Assembly (NCBI GenBank): GCA_951813565.1
Contig: OX638351.1
Span: forward strand, 4,256,001-4,320,000
DNA: 64,000 bases
From: an uncultured Poribacteria bacterium
GTDB lineage: Bacteria; Poribacteria; WGA-4E; WGA-3G
Direction: 5' to 3'
Shown here: piece by piece, positions 41,740 through 52,584 of the stretch
How the letters are laid out: each line of letters begins with the position of its first letter
Numbering within the stretch: position 1 is the stretch's first letter
Translations under genes and position numbers: made by a program
Notes under the pieces: model-generated
The model's database searches: none
What the model was told of the DNA's origin: nothing
What the model saw: the letters and a program-made list of their open reading frames with translations, nothing else

Positions 41740-42351
41740 ATGACACGTAAGACTTTCTCGGCATTTCCTGCTTGGGTTGCTTTGGGAACTTCTGTAATTT
41801 TTAGTCCGTTTATTGTACCGATTGTAACGGCTATATTTGTTGTCCAAAAACATGCGACTACAAATCAAGAAGTGATGCTTTGGCTTGCAATTGTGGCAAC
41901 ATTTGTTACGGTGCTACCGATATTGGCAATAGTTTTGCTATTTCGGTTTTCGAAGGTGAGTAATTTACATCTCCGTGCCAAAGAAGAACGACTAATACCG
42001 CTCTGCTTCACGTTAGTCAGCATGATTATAGGAACCATAATCCTTTACAAGATTGGGGCAAGTTCCAAGATCATTTGGGCGTGCATAGCTTATATTGTAA
42101 ATAGCGTTGTGTTTTCTGCTATTACACCACTATGGAAAATTAGTTTTCATACCAGTGTTACAACCGGCTGTATAATGGTCTTAGTGTTCCTTGTAAATTC
42201 TAATTTAGTGTGGCTTTTTCTTCTTGTTCCACTTATAGCATGGGCAAGGGTTTACCGTGAACGTCACACACCTCTTCAAACGGTCATCGGCACGCTGTTA
42301 GCAATTGTTAACACGATGCTTGTTTTTTATTTTCTACCGATTTCTGGATAA
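41740..42351 (+). CDS. multi-pass membrane protein, PAP2-like
   Basis: Hydrophobic helices; WKISFH and WARVYRERHT motifs. Confidence 0.7.
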   Translation: MTRKTFSAFPAWVALGTSVIFSPFIVPIVTAIFVVQKHATTNQEVMLWLAIVATFVTVLPILAIVLLFRFSKVSNLHLRAKEERLIPLCFTLVSMIIGTIILYKIGASSKIIWACIAYIVNSVVFSAITPLWKISFHTSVTTGCIMVLVFLVNSNLVWLFLLVPLIAWARVYRERHTPLQTVIGTLLAIVNTMLVFYFLPISG

Positions 42352-42401
42352 AGTTCGTTGGTCGGGTTAAGGTGAAGAAAGTCAAATATAGTTGTTTCAC
42401 A

Positions 42402-43217
42402 CTATGGAACATTCAATGACGTTTTAATTAAAGGTAGTAGATTATCCCAGTCACATTGTAAGCAAAAATAATTACTTTCACCGATACGTTTTACTTCGCC
42501 ATTACATTCAGGGCAACTTGTGAGACGCTCAGTTTCATCAATATCTGTTTCAGATAACGGTGGAAACATCAGCAGTTGTCCTATTGGCAGAGCAGGTTCT
42601 CGACTGGCGATATGTTGTTGCACAGCTTCAATTACCTCTTGTGCATTTAAATGGAGTGGTGGTGGTGCATTTTCTGTCAGATCAATAAAGCTGCTCCGGT
42701 AAAATCGAATGGTCTCAGCATCATTGACGCGACGCATGAACACCGTAAATTTACATGGGGCTACCAAAAAAGCAGAAGAATCTAATATGTGGTGCTTCGC
42801 GCTTAAAGAAAGTTCATAGCCACCATATTCAAAGATGGAATTGCCTTGGTCCATCCAAATAGTATCTGGAGTATTCTGAAACACCTCATGGAGTTCATAC
42901 GAACGAGTGACCGACAGAATTAAGACGTATCGCTGATACGGATACTGTGATAGAAGTTCAACTGGCAGAAAAGATTGAGGTTCAGAAATTTGTTGGAGAA
43001 ATGTTGTAAATGCTTTATATGCTGCTTCCTCAGCCCTTCGTAAAACCGAAAGATTCTGTCTCTGAAAGTTGAGCGTACGCCCCTCCGACTGTGAAATCGC
43101 TGCCTCACTGATGTAAAGTTCTGTTTGGACATCAACGTCTACAGTGCTATTTAGACTACTGGGAATATGGAGACGCTGCACCGATTCTTCAGTGGTTTTG
43201 AGGACAAAAGGTAACAT
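42402..43217 (-). CDS. hypothetical protein with C-terminal zinc ribbon
   Basis: CPEC...CLQC at the C-terminus. Confidence 0.65.
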   Translation of the reverse strand: MLPFVLKTTEESVQRLHIPSSLNSTVDVDVQTELYISEAAISQSEGRTLNFQRQNLSVLRRAEEAAYKAFTTFLQQISEPQSFLPVELLSQYPYQRYVLILSVTRSYELHEVFQNTPDTIWMDQGNSIFEYGGYELSLSAKHHILDSSAFLVAPCKFTVFMRRVNDAETIRFYRSSFIDLTENAPPPLHLNAQEVIEAVQQHIASREPALPIGQLLMFPPLSETDIDETERLTSCPECNGEVKRIGESNYFCLQCDWDNLLPLIKTSLNVP

Positions 43218-43440
43218 AGCAATCCGTTTTACACCGTAAACTTATAGATACAGCAATTGTAACACATCCCGTTTTTCTGTTCAACCCAAAATCCTTATCT
43301 ACATTTTATTTGTATCTTCTGCTGCTATGTGCTATACTATTTATAGGCGTTACGCCAACTATATATCTTCGGTTTTCGTATGTCCCTGATGCATACCAAG
43401 CTTTATTCCATTGAACTGAAATTAAGAAAGGACACAGATT

Positions 43441-44187
43441 ATGTCAGGACACTCTAAATGGTCAACAATTAAACATAAAAAGGCGGCAAACGATTCTAAA
43501 CGTGGCAAACTTTTTTCCCGGTTAATTAAGGAAATTACGGCTGCCGCACGTCTTGGTGGTGGAGATGTTGACATGAATCCCCGCCTTCGTACCGCAATTT
43601 CAACAGCAAAGTCAAGTAACCTTCCTAATGATAACATTGAAAAGGCGATTCTTCGTGGCACTGGCGAGCTTGAAGGAGAATCTTTAGAAGAAGTCGTCTA
43701 TGAAGGATACGGGCCCGGCGGTGTCGCGCTCATAATAGAGGTGATAACTGACAACCGTAATCGTACCATTGCCGCCGTTCGACATGCGCTGAGCAAGTTT
43801 GATGGTAGAATCGGTGAACGCGGATGTGTCGCATGGGGATTTGATAAATGCGGACTCATCGTTGTTGATGCAGATAGTATTGATGAAGAAGAGTTGTTTA
43901 TGGTCGCTGCAGATGCTGGTGCTGAAGATTTAACACCCTTGGAAGGGACTATTGAAATTATCACACCATTCGAACAGTTTGATAACGTCGTCACTGCTAT
44001 TCAATCCACTGACGCAACCATTCAATTAGCAGAAATCAGCATGATTCCTCAAAATACCGTTAAACTTGAAGGTAAAGAGGCAGAACGTATGCTACGACTC
44101 ATGGGGACGTTGGACGAACTGGACGACGTGCAGAAAGTTTACGCTAACTTTGACATTCCAGACGATATCCTTGAAGCAGCAGCGTAA
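43441..44187 (+). CDS. yebC: YebC/PmpR family protein
   Basis: MSGHSKWSTIKHKK, YEGYGPGG, TDNRNRT. Confidence 0.97.
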   Translation: MSGHSKWSTIKHKKAANDSKRGKLFSRLIKEITAAARLGGGDVDMNPRLRTAISTAKSSNLPNDNIEKAILRGTGELEGESLEEVVYEGYGPGGVALIIEVITDNRNRTIAAVRHALSKFDGRIGERGCVAWGFDKCGLIVVDADSIDEEELFMVAADAGAEDLTPLEGTIEIITPFEQFDNVVTAIQSTDATIQLAEISMIPQNTVKLEGKEAERMLRLMGTLDELDDVQKVYANFDIPDDILEAAA

Positions 44188-44205
44188 TTATAGGATCCAT
44201 TGTTA

Positions 44206-44706
44206 ATGATTATTCTTGGGATTGACCCCGGTATTGCAAATACAGGTTACGGTATCGTTCAATCCAACGCAAGCCGCGTCCAACCACTTCACTTCGGAAA
44301 TATCCAAACCAGCTCAAAAACTGTATCAGAGAAACGTTTAAAAAAAATATATGATACTGTAACCGAATTGATTGCCCAGTTTGACGTAGAATCCGTAGTA
44401 CTTGAAGATGTTTTCTTCAACAAAAACGTTAGCAGTGCGTTTAGCGTTGGCGAAGTAAAAGGGATAGTAAAATTGGCAGCGGTGAACATAGGAACTCCTG
44501 TGGCAACCTATACACCATTACAAGTTAAACAATCTGTCGTTGGGTACGGGAAAGCAACAAAGATTCAGGTACAAAGAATGGTTCAGGCACTACTTAAACT
44601 TAAAGAATTACCACAACCCGACCACGCTGCTGATGCTTTAGCTGTCGCAATTTGTCACGCCCGTTCCCACAAAATGATCCAACTGCGACAAAAATATGAA
44701 AAGTAG
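44206..44706 (+). CDS. ruvC: Holliday junction resolvase RuvC
   Basis: ILGIDPG, PDHAADALAVAICH. Confidence 0.96.
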   Translation: MIILGIDPGIANTGYGIVQSNASRVQPLHFGNIQTSSKTVSEKRLKKIYDTVTELIAQFDVESVVLEDVFFNKNVSSAFSVGEVKGIVKLAAVNIGTPVATYTPLQVKQSVVGYGKATKIQVQRMVQALLKLKELPQPDHAADALAVAICHARSHKMIQLRQKYEK

Positions 44707-44739
44707 ATTTCACTAAACGCTGAAAGGAAACACATCAGC

Positions 44740-45336
44740 ATGATTGCTCATGTAAAAGGAACGCTTGCCTATATAGGTACAAAAGAGGTAGTCGTAGATG
44801 TGAACGGTATCGGCTATTTAGTTGAAGTTGCTGAGCGAACACTCAGCGGATTACCTGCCATTGGCGAACCTGTTACGTTTTATACCTACTATAACCAAAA
44901 TCGGGAAAATGAAATTAAACTTTACGGGTTCACTTCACGAGACGCTCTCAAAATGTTTGAAATGGCACTCACCGTCAAAGGCGTTGGTCCGGCACTTGCA
45001 CAAAATATAGTTACAAGACTATCACCTTCACAATTCCAACAAGCTGTTCTTAAAGAAAACATGGCAATTTTAATGCGAGTCCCTCGGTTGGGTAAAGAAC
45101 TCGCGCAGCTTATCGTCCTAAAGCTGAAAAGAAACATCGCCAAAATCAAATTAGAAGAAAAAGTTGACGTTGACGGCGTAGGTTCAACGCATCAAGAAGT
45201 TATTAATGTACTGGTTAACCTTGGAGCATCAGAACTTGAGGCTGAACAAGCGGTAGAAAAGGCGCAAGAATCTCTTGGTGAGAATGCTGAGCGTGATGCT
45301 CTGGTGAAGGAAGCACTCCGATATATCCGAAATTAA
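44740..45336 (+). CDS. ruvA: Holliday junction branch migration protein RuvA
   Basis: MIAHVKG, VDVNGIGY, LYGF, VKGVGP; gene order. Confidence 0.94.
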   Translation: MIAHVKGTLAYIGTKEVVVDVNGIGYLVEVAERTLSGLPAIGEPVTFYTYYNQNRENEIKLYGFTSRDALKMFEMALTVKGVGPALAQNIVTRLSPSQFQQAVLKENMAILMRVPRLGKELAQLIVLKLKRNIAKIKLEEKVDVDGVGSTHQEVINVLVNLGASELEAEQAVEKAQESLGENAERDALVKEALRYIRN

Positions 45337-45431
45337 TCTTTTTATTATCACAGATAATGTGAATTTTGCTAAAATGCAAAACACACTTTAAAACGAAACT
45401 GTTATGAACATCCTTATGTCAGGACAACAAA

Positions 45432-46472
45432 ATGGATAAATTTGATATTCATGATAATAGTGAAGATGATTTTGGGTACAGCCTACGTCCAGAAACTTTA
45501 GATGAATTTATCGGACAAGAAAAAGCCAAAGAACAGCTTCGTATCCACATTGACGCTGTAAAAAGTAGACGTGCTGCAAAAAGTAAGCGTACTGTAAAAA
45601 GTAAGGATTATGTGTTAGAACATGTCCTCCTCGTAGGTCCCCCAGGGTTAGGTAAAACCACGCTTGCCAAAATCATTGCTAATGAATTCGGAACGAATTT
45701 CAAACAGACAATCGGTCCAGCCCTGGAACGTCTTGACCTCGCCTCCACATTGACCAGTCTTGAAGAAGGTGATATTCTATTTATTGACGAAATCCACCGA
45801 ATGAAAAGGATAAGTCAAGAGTCACTTTACCCTGTTCTTGAAGAATTTGAACTCGATCTGGCTATTGGTCAAGGACCCGGCTCAGATGTTGTACAAGTTG
45901 ATATTGAACCTTTTACACTGGTGGGTGCAACAACGCGTGAAGGCATGCTTGAAGGGCCTTTTCGCACCAGAATCGGAATCTACATACATCTTGATTACTA
46001 CACACCTGAAGATATCCAACAAGTCATCCGTATCAACAGCGCAAAACTCAATATTGAAATAGAAGAAGACGCAGAATACGCTTTAGCACTGCGCGCACGC
46101 GGCACTATGCGAATTGCAAATAAGCTGCTTGCTAACGTCAGAGATTATGCACAAGTTAAAAGTGGTGGTGTTTTGACGCTTGATGTTGTAGAGGAAGCAT
46201 TGGAATTCTTCGGTATTGATGAAAAAGGTTTAAACGCACAAGACTACGCGTATTTCCGTGCACTAATTGAGAATTTCAAAGGTCGCGCAGGGAAAAAAGC
46301 ACTCGCTGTTGCTCTCAGTGAAGACGAGCGAACTATCTCTGAAGTTTATGAGCCACACTATATTAAAGAGGGATTCTTGATGCTTACACCAAGCGGGCGT
46401 GTCGCAACGGATGCGGCTTATAAATACTTCGGATACCCAACTCACAATCAGCCTACACTTTTTGACGTATGA
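45432..46472 (+). CDS. ruvB: Holliday junction helicase RuvB
   Basis: LRPETLDEFIGQ, GPPGLGKTT, FIDEIHR, FTLVGATTR. Confidence 0.95.
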   Translation: MDKFDIHDNSEDDFGYSLRPETLDEFIGQEKAKEQLRIHIDAVKSRRAAKSKRTVKSKDYVLEHVLLVGPPGLGKTTLAKIIANEFGTNFKQTIGPALERLDLASTLTSLEEGDILFIDEIHRMKRISQESLYPVLEEFELDLAIGQGPGSDVVQVDIEPFTLVGATTREGMLEGPFRTRIGIYIHLDYYTPEDIQQVIRINSAKLNIEIEEDAEYALALRARGTMRIANKLLANVRDYAQVKSGGVLTLDVVEEALEFFGIDEKGLNAQDYAYFRALIENFKGRAGKKALAVALSEDERTISEVYEPHYIKEGFLMLTPSGRVATDAAYKYFGYPTHNQPTLFDV

Positions 46473-46531
46473 CCACTTTTATATTTCACAATTCACTCCA
46501 AGTGTGTCTTTATTTTTAATAAAATGATGAT

Positions 46532-47560
46532 ATGAAACTGACAGATTTTGATTACGATCTGCCTCCTGATCGGATAGCGCAAGTACCATTACAGCGTAGA
46601 GACGCATCACGACTCATGGTTATTGATCGAAACACACGGGAGTTTCATCATACACAATTTTCACAGATAGGAGAATTTTTACCAAACCGCTCACTGTTAG
46701 TTTTGAACGACACAAAGGTGATCCCCGCGAGGTTAATCGGAAACAAAAGAGAGACTGGTGGAAAAATTGAATTACTTCTTATTCAAGAAAAGGAACAGGA
46801 CACATGGGAAGTCCTCGCGAAACCTCGTAGAAGCCTGAGAGTGGGAACGAAGTTAGTATTCGGTGATGGTATTTTGAAGGGAAAAGTCTTAGATAAACCT
46901 GACACAGGAAATTGCATCGTCCATTTTACCTATAATGCAACATTTTCAGAAGTTATTGCTGAAATAGGGATGACACCTTTGCCGCCTTATATTCGCCGTT
47001 CACCGAACGAAGAAGATAAGATGCGCTATCAGTCGGTTTATGCTTCTACAGAAGGTGCAATTGCCGCGCCAACAGCAGGCTTGCACTTTACGCCAGAGTT
47101 GCTTGAAGAATTGAGAGGCAATGGTATACAAACGGTAATGCTAACGCTGCACGTGGGAATAGGGACATTTCAACCGGTTAAGGTAGAGAACGTCCAAACC
47201 CACAAGATGCATGCTGAATATATACGCCTTGCTGAGACAGAAGCAAAACAAATTCGCAAGGCACGCGAAGCGGGTACAAAAATTGTTGCTATCGGCACAA
47301 CGGTAGTAAGGGCACTCGAAACCGCTGGTGCGGACAGAACAATAAAACCTTTTAGTGGGTATAGTGAACTTTTTATTTATCCCGGTTATCAATTTAATAT
47401 CGTAGATGTATTGCTTACCAATTTTCATCTACCCAAATCAACATTACTAATGCTTGTAAGTGCCTTCGCTGACAGAATTTTAATACAGAAAGCTTATGAG
47501 GAAGCACTGTTACATGAATACCGATTTTTCAGTTACGGCGATGCAATGCTAATTCTATAA
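46532..47560 (+). CDS. queA: S-adenosylmethionine:tRNA ribosyltransferase-isomerase
   Basis: FDYDLP, PLPPYI, AAPTAGLHF, TNFHLPKSTL, FFSYGDAM. Confidence 0.97.
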   Translation: MKLTDFDYDLPPDRIAQVPLQRRDASRLMVIDRNTREFHHTQFSQIGEFLPNRSLLVLNDTKVIPARLIGNKRETGGKIELLLIQEKEQDTWEVLAKPRRSLRVGTKLVFGDGILKGKVLDKPDTGNCIVHFTYNATFSEVIAEIGMTPLPPYIRRSPNEEDKMRYQSVYASTEGAIAAPTAGLHFTPELLEELRGNGIQTVMLTLHVGIGTFQPVKVENVQTHKMHAEYIRLAETEAKQIRKAREAGTKIVAIGTTVVRALETAGADRTIKPFSGYSELFIYPGYQFNIVDVLLTNFHLPKSTLLMLVSAFADRILIQKAYEEALLHEYRFFSYGDAMLIL

Positions 47561-47579
47561 AAACAGAAGGAGAAATATT

Positions 47580-47891
47580 ATGGCTGAAGGTGGCTCTTTA
47601 ATGAGTTTGCTTTTTATGATTGTCCCTCTGATACTTATCATGTATTTTCTGATGTTTCGCCCCGAACAGAAGAGACGAAAAAAGCATCAGAATATGCTTG
47701 AGAATCTATCAAAAGGCGATGAGATCGTAACCAATGGTGGGTTGCACGGGAAAATTCTCGGTCTCAACAACGATAAGAAGTTTATTTTACTCTCTATCGG
47801 TGAAATAAACAATCAGGAGGTTAAAGTTCAAATATCGCTAAGTGCTGTTGCCTTTCTCAAAAAAGGTGGAGAACTTATTGAAGGGGAGTAG
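47580..47891 (+). CDS. yajC: preprotein translocase subunit YajC
   Basis: TM helix, RPEQKRRK, GDEIVTNGGLHG. Confidence 0.93.
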   Translation: MAEGGSLMSLLFMIVPLILIMYFLMFRPEQKRRKKHQNMLENLSKGDEIVTNGGLHGKILGLNNDKKFILLSIGEINNQEVKVQISLSAVAFLKKGGELIEGE

Positions 47892-48513
47892 AATGTGTTA
47901 TCAATAGCTGATAGCACTCACCTTCGTAGGTTATCAAACGCGCGCGGGTTTTTTCTGGCAACACAAGTAGATCATTGTTGTGCAGAACGATTCGCGCTGT
48001 TTTCTTTGCAGAATCAATAATTTTTAACGTTGCGGCCCCTTTTTCGCCCTTGAATCGATAGAAACAGATCGCTTCTCCAATCATTTCAACCGAACTGTTG
48101 TTTTCTATGATGCGAAGTTGGTAATCTACCTGAGTTTTTATCTTCTCTGCTTCTAAAATGATGGCTGCTGTATCTTTGTGTGATGATGTCTTACAAATTG
48201 CTATCTCAACCTTGTCCGACTGAGTAAGAACTTCATAAGTCGTGTGGTGCGGAATATAGGCAACACATGCATCTCCATCAAAAACATCTGCGCGCTCACC
48301 TAAAATCCCATTCGCCTTGTTACCGTTATGACCTACCAATAGCGTGCATTGCCCTTCTAATGCAATCAAGCCTACTTCACAATCATCAGAGTGATCAAAA
48401 AATGTTGATTCGGGGGCAAGATTGAGAATGCCGAACTGCAGATTTGTGATGTCTAACTCGCCAGGGTTTATTAGGTGAGTGTATCCTTCAGCAGTTGAAT
48501 AATGCTTAGACAT
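47875..48513 (-). CDS. IolB-like cupin protein (shortened)
   Basis: GERADVFDG...AYIP N-terminal half resembles 5-deoxy-glucuronate isomerase. Confidence 0.6.
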   Translation of the reverse strand: MSKHYSTAEGYTHLINPGELDITNLQFGILNLAPESTFFDHSDDCEVGLIALEGQCTLLVGHNGNKANGILGERADVFDGDACVAYIPHHTTYEVLTQSDKVEIAICKTSSHKDTAAIILEAEKIKTQVDYQLRIIENNSSVEMIGEAICFYRFKGEKGAATLKIIDSAKKTARIVLHNNDLLVLPEKTRARLITYEGECYQLLITHSTPLQ

Positions 48514-49102
48514 TGGCATCAGATTCAAATTCCATTAATTGTTCAACAAGACTCGCCAATGGAAGTCCGACAACGTTGAAATAACACCCTTCAATCCGTT
48601 TCACAAACGCTGCCCCGCGCCCTTGAATTCCGTACGCTCCGGCTTTATCCGCAGCTTCTCCACTGTCAATATAGGCAACAATCTCTGAATGGCAAAGTTC
48701 TCTAAATTGGACGTTTGTCACTTCTGCCCAGGTTTTTTCTCTTTGTAATTTAGCATCAATTACTGCGACACCGGTTACGACTTTATGGCAGGTGCCACTA
48801 AGGCGAGTCAACATTTCCTGAGCATGTATCGTGTTCTTCGGTTTGCCAAGGAGTTCATTTTCCAATGAAACCAAAGTGTCAGCACCAATAACAATCCCTT
48901 CGGTATGGTACTCTACCACTGATCTTGCTTTCTGGAGAGCAAGTTCTTGGGTCACTACTTCAGAGGTTGCATTTTTGTTTGATGTAATTTCTGGTATGTT
49001 GCTGGGGAATATCTCAAATTTCAACCCAATTTGAGATAATAGATCGGCGCGGCGCGGGGAAGCAGAAGCTAAGATGAGCCGTGGAAACTTCAACATAGAC
49101 AT
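48506..49102 (-). CDS. maf: Maf family nucleotide pyrophosphatase
   Basis: LILASASPRR, IGADT, LGKP, DKAGAYGIQ, NVVGLP. Confidence 0.95.
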   Translation of the reverse strand: MSMLKFPRLILASASPRRADLLSQIGLKFEIFPSNIPEITSNKNATSEVVTQELALQKARSVVEYHTEGIVIGADTLVSLENELLGKPKNTIHAQEMLTRLSGTCHKVVTGVAVIDAKLQREKTWAEVTNVQFRELCHSEIVAYIDSGEAADKAGAYGIQGRGAAFVKRIEGCYFNVVGLPLASLVEQLMEFESDANV

Positions 49103-49109
49103 GGTACTG

Positions 49110-49385
49110 TTATTTTAGGCAATACCATTGAGCGCTGTTTCTATCCTGAATCTGCAATAGTTCCGCGTCTATTAATTCAGTGATGCCTTTATCAATCTCT
49201 GTTTTTGAAAATCCGACTTTTGAGAGAAGCTCATCGCGATTCGGTGTTTGGAACCACTCTGATTTTTCAAGAGAATCTGATTTTCCTCGAAAAACTTCCA
49301 GAGCACTATAAAGCCGCAAAGTTTTTGCAGAAAGTCCAACGAGTGGGTTTATATTAGCGTAGAATTCAACTGATTGTGTTTGCAT
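49110..49385 (-). CDS. small hypothetical protein, possible winged helix
   Basis: 91 aa, directly upstream of maf on the same strand. Confidence 0.55.
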   Translation of the reverse strand: MQTQSVEFYANINPLVGLSAKTLRLYSALEVFRGKSDSLEKSEWFQTPNRDELLSKVGFSKTEIDKGITELIDAELLQIQDRNSAQWYCLK

Positions 49386-49642
49386 TTTTCCGCCCTCAAT
49401 AACTATAGATTACCTGGTACATTAGTAATAACGCCTTTATCAAAAAATTGGTTACAAAAATATAACTTTGTACAGAATATTTGCCAATTCTGTATTGTAG
49501 TTGCACAATTCACGCGTCCTTACATTTTGTAGGAGCGACCTCCTGGTCGTGACATATTTCCTAATCCACGGAATCTACGTAATCCGACAAATCTGAGATT
49601 CAAACAATTACCAATTACTTACACCTCATCTTAAAATCGGAC

Positions 49643-49671
49643 TTGACAAAAATGTTTGCATAGGGTAAAGT
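49643..49671 (+). promoter_or_regulatory. candidate sigma70 promoter
   Basis: TTGACA-17 bp-TAAAGT, 36 bp before the ATG at 49708. Confidence 0.5.
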
Positions 49672-49707
49672 ATCACAAATCCTGATATTGGCAAATGGAG
49701 AGTAAAG

Positions 49708-50967
49708 ATGTCAGAGCGTTTAGCAATAGATGGGGGAACACCTATTATCGCAGAACCGATTCCAGGGGGAATGCACGGACCGAGTGTCATAGACGAACGT
49801 GAAATTGATGCTGTTACAGAAGTCCTACGAAGTGGAAAACTCTTTAGATTTGTTGAAAATTCTAATGTAGCCGCCTTTGAGCAAGAAGCGGCAGCACGTC
49901 TCGGTGTCAACCATGCTTTGATGGTGAATTCCGGCACATCGGCTATCATCTGTGCACTCACAGGCGTAGGCATTGGTCCGGGTGATGAAGTTATTTTACC
50001 CGGCTATACCTTTATCGCAACTGCAGCTGCTATCGTCGGCGTTGGGGCGATTCCCGTCATTGCAGAAATCGACGATTCGCTGGGATTGGATCCAGCTGAT
50101 GTAGAACAGAAAATAACACCACACACCAAAGCAATTTTACCTGTTCACATGCAGGGTGTGCCGTGTCGTCTTGAAGCAATTCTGGAGATCGCACAAAAGC
50201 ACAATCTCAAAGTTGTTGAAGATTGTTGCCAATGTGTAGGCGGACAGTATAAAGGGAAATATGCTGGTACTTGGGGCGATGCAGGTGCATGGAGTTTAAA
50301 CTACTTCAAGATAATTACGTGTGGGGAAGGTGGTTTAGTGTTTTCTGATGATTACGACACTTATGAACGTGCCGCGTTTGCTTCTGAACCCGGTCTCCCA
50401 ATGTGGATGAGCGATTCCGAATGGCAAAACAAACCATTCTCTTGTCAAACCTATCGACCTGGCGAAATTTTAGGCGCTATTGCACGCGTGCAGCTCTCAA
50501 AACTGGATGATATTCTGGGACATACGCGTCAGCTTAAAAAGGCGTTTATTGCTGAACTCTCTGAAAACCCAAAAGGGTACATACGCCAACATGTAGATGA
50601 TCCAAGCGGAGAGTGTGGCATTAGTGCCGCGATTATCGTGCGCGACGTTGAACTCGCCAAAAAGTATACCGAGGCACTCAGAGCAGAAGGATTAGGTGCA
50701 GGCACCGCCTACAACGAAGGTTTCCCTGACAGACATATTTATACCTATTGGGATTCCATTCTGTTTAAGCATTCACCGAACGAGGCAGGTTACCCGTGGA
50801 GTGACCCGCGATACAAAGGAAATGTTGAATATTCGCGGGAAATGTGTCCAGAAACGCTTTCTATTCTCGGTCGTGCGTTAAGGTTTGGGTTTAACGTAAA
50901 TATGCAGGAGGATCATACACGGTTAATGGCAGCCGCTATCAATAAAGTTGACGATGCCCTGGGATAA
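49708..50967 (+). CDS. DegT/DnrJ/EryC1/StrS aminotransferase
   Basis: NSGTSA, GPGDEVI, VEDCCQ, SLNYFKIITCGEGG. Confidence 0.92.
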   Translation: MSERLAIDGGTPIIAEPIPGGMHGPSVIDEREIDAVTEVLRSGKLFRFVENSNVAAFEQEAAARLGVNHALMVNSGTSAIICALTGVGIGPGDEVILPGYTFIATAAAIVGVGAIPVIAEIDDSLGLDPADVEQKITPHTKAILPVHMQGVPCRLEAILEIAQKHNLKVVEDCCQCVGGQYKGKYAGTWGDAGAWSLNYFKIITCGEGGLVFSDDYDTYERAAFASEPGLPMWMSDSEWQNKPFSCQTYRPGEILGAIARVQLSKLDDILGHTRQLKKAFIAELSENPKGYIRQHVDDPSGECGISAAIIVRDVELAKKYTEALRAEGLGAGTAYNEGFPDRHIYTYWDSILFKHSPNEAGYPWSDPRYKGNVEYSREMCPETLSILGRALRFGFNVNMQEDHTRLMAAAINKVDDALG

Positions 50968-50995
50968 AACAGCGTTCAAGTTGAGCCTCTAAGCA

Positions 50996-51763
50996 TTATT
51001 GGATAGAGGTTGAGATAATATCAGTGCGTCTTGAGATTTCAACAAATCCTAACTTTTGTGCAGTCCGAAGCGAAGCAACGTTTTCTGCACCGCAACTCCA
51101 GACAGGAACCTTGCCAATAGCCTGAATCTGTTGTGCAACGAGAGATGCAGCTGAGGTAGCATAGCCCTTTCCTCGCCATTCCTCTAATGTGAATATACTT
51201 ATACCACCATGCAAATCCGTGTGGGCATAAGTACGGGCAATAGAGACAATGCTATCGTTCACAATTGCAGCAGCAACGAGACCATCTGTTAATACCTCTT
51301 GAGGTGTTTGAAAAGAGTATCCCTGAACTCCCGCTGAAGCCTTTGCTAAATGTTCTACATCTGCCAAAGTTAATAATCGAACCTCCTCATTAGAATAAGG
51401 ACAAACGGGCTTTAATAGAGCTTGATGGATTTCAACATTATACTTAATAGATATGCCTGTTTTTGCTGTTAAATATTGCCCAAGGGTTTCGGCATATACT
51501 GGGTCAACGTTGATAATGAGACGTTCCAAACCTGTCTGAAATTCTAACAAATGCCACAAAGCATCTACGTTTGTAGCAAAGCAGAACGCATCATCATCAT
51601 AAAACGTATCAATAACTAAAGCAGCGGTTATGTGTGGAAGATCACCGAAGACATAAGCACGACACATCCCCTGTTTCAGACAGTCTAAAACATTCAACGT
51701 TCTCGGCGTATCACCGATAACATCTGCTAAAATAAGACATTCTTCAGGTGTTAGTTTTTCCAT
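50996..51763 (-). CDS. GNAT family acetyltransferase
   Basis: WRGKGYA, NVASLRTAQKLGF. Confidence 0.88.
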   Translation of the reverse strand: MEKLTPEECLILADVIGDTPRTLNVLDCLKQGMCRAYVFGDLPHITAALVIDTFYDDDAFCFATNVDALWHLLEFQTGLERLIINVDPVYAETLGQYLTAKTGISIKYNVEIHQALLKPVCPYSNEEVRLLTLADVEHLAKASAGVQGYSFQTPQEVLTDGLVAAAIVNDSIVSIARTYAHTDLHGGISIFTLEEWRGKGYATSAASLVAQQIQAIGKVPVWSCGAENVASLRTAQKLGFVEISRRTDIISTSIQ

Positions 51764-51789
51764 TGTTTTGATGAAAGGATTATTTGTGA

Positions 51790-52584
51790 ATGAAGATTAC
51801 GATTTTGGGTTCAGGTACTTCAACAGGTGTACCTGAGTATAAATGTGAGTGCGAAACCTGTCAAGATTCTATGCAGGTTGGGTCAAAAAACTATCGCACG
51901 CGTTCGTCTGTACATATTGAAAAGGATGGAAAACATCTCCAATTTGACCTCGGTCCAAACTTCATGGATCAAATTAATCGGAATAAGATTGAATGGATAG
52001 ATGCAGTCATCTTTACGCACTGTCATGCAGACCATATCAGCGGAACAAACGACATCGTGATGCCGTGCCGAAAACAACGGATGGATATGCCTATATATGG
52101 TCCTGAACAGACAATTGAGATTCTGCAACGCAACTTCTATTATATGTTTACCAAAGAGACGTTCCAAGGCGGCGGTGTAGGACACTTACTACCGAACGTT
52201 GTTGATGGGAAATTCCAGTTGCACGGTTTTGACATTACACCTATTCCAGTAGAACATGGAAACGTTGATACAAACGGCTATCGAATTGACAACTTCGGGT
52301 ACATACCAGATATAAAACTATTACCAGAAACATCGCAAGCACTGCTTGAAGGGATAGAAGTATTAGTAATTGATGCCTTAAGTTTCAATCCGGGCCATCC
52401 AACACATCAATCGGTTGGACAGGCATTGGAGATTAGTGCAGCCTTACAACCGAAAGAGACCTATTTTACGCATATTATGCACCGACTTGACCATCGGTAT
52501 TTCAAGGATCAGTGTGCGGAGCAGAACATTGAACTCCCCGATAACGCCTACCTCGCCTATGATGGGCAAGTGATTATGTTGTAA
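51790..52584 (+). CDS. MBL-fold metallo-hydrolase (PhnP-like)
   Basis: LGSGTSTGVP, CECETC, THCHADH, AYDG. Confidence 0.92.
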   Translation: MKITILGSGTSTGVPEYKCECETCQDSMQVGSKNYRTRSSVHIEKDGKHLQFDLGPNFMDQINRNKIEWIDAVIFTHCHADHISGTNDIVMPCRKQRMDMPIYGPEQTIEILQRNFYYMFTKETFQGGGVGHLLPNVVDGKFQLHGFDITPIPVEHGNVDTNGYRIDNFGYIPDIKLLPETSQALLEGIEVLVIDALSFNPGHPTHQSVGQALEISAALQPKETYFTHIMHRLDHRYFKDQCAEQNIELPDNAYLAYDGQVIML

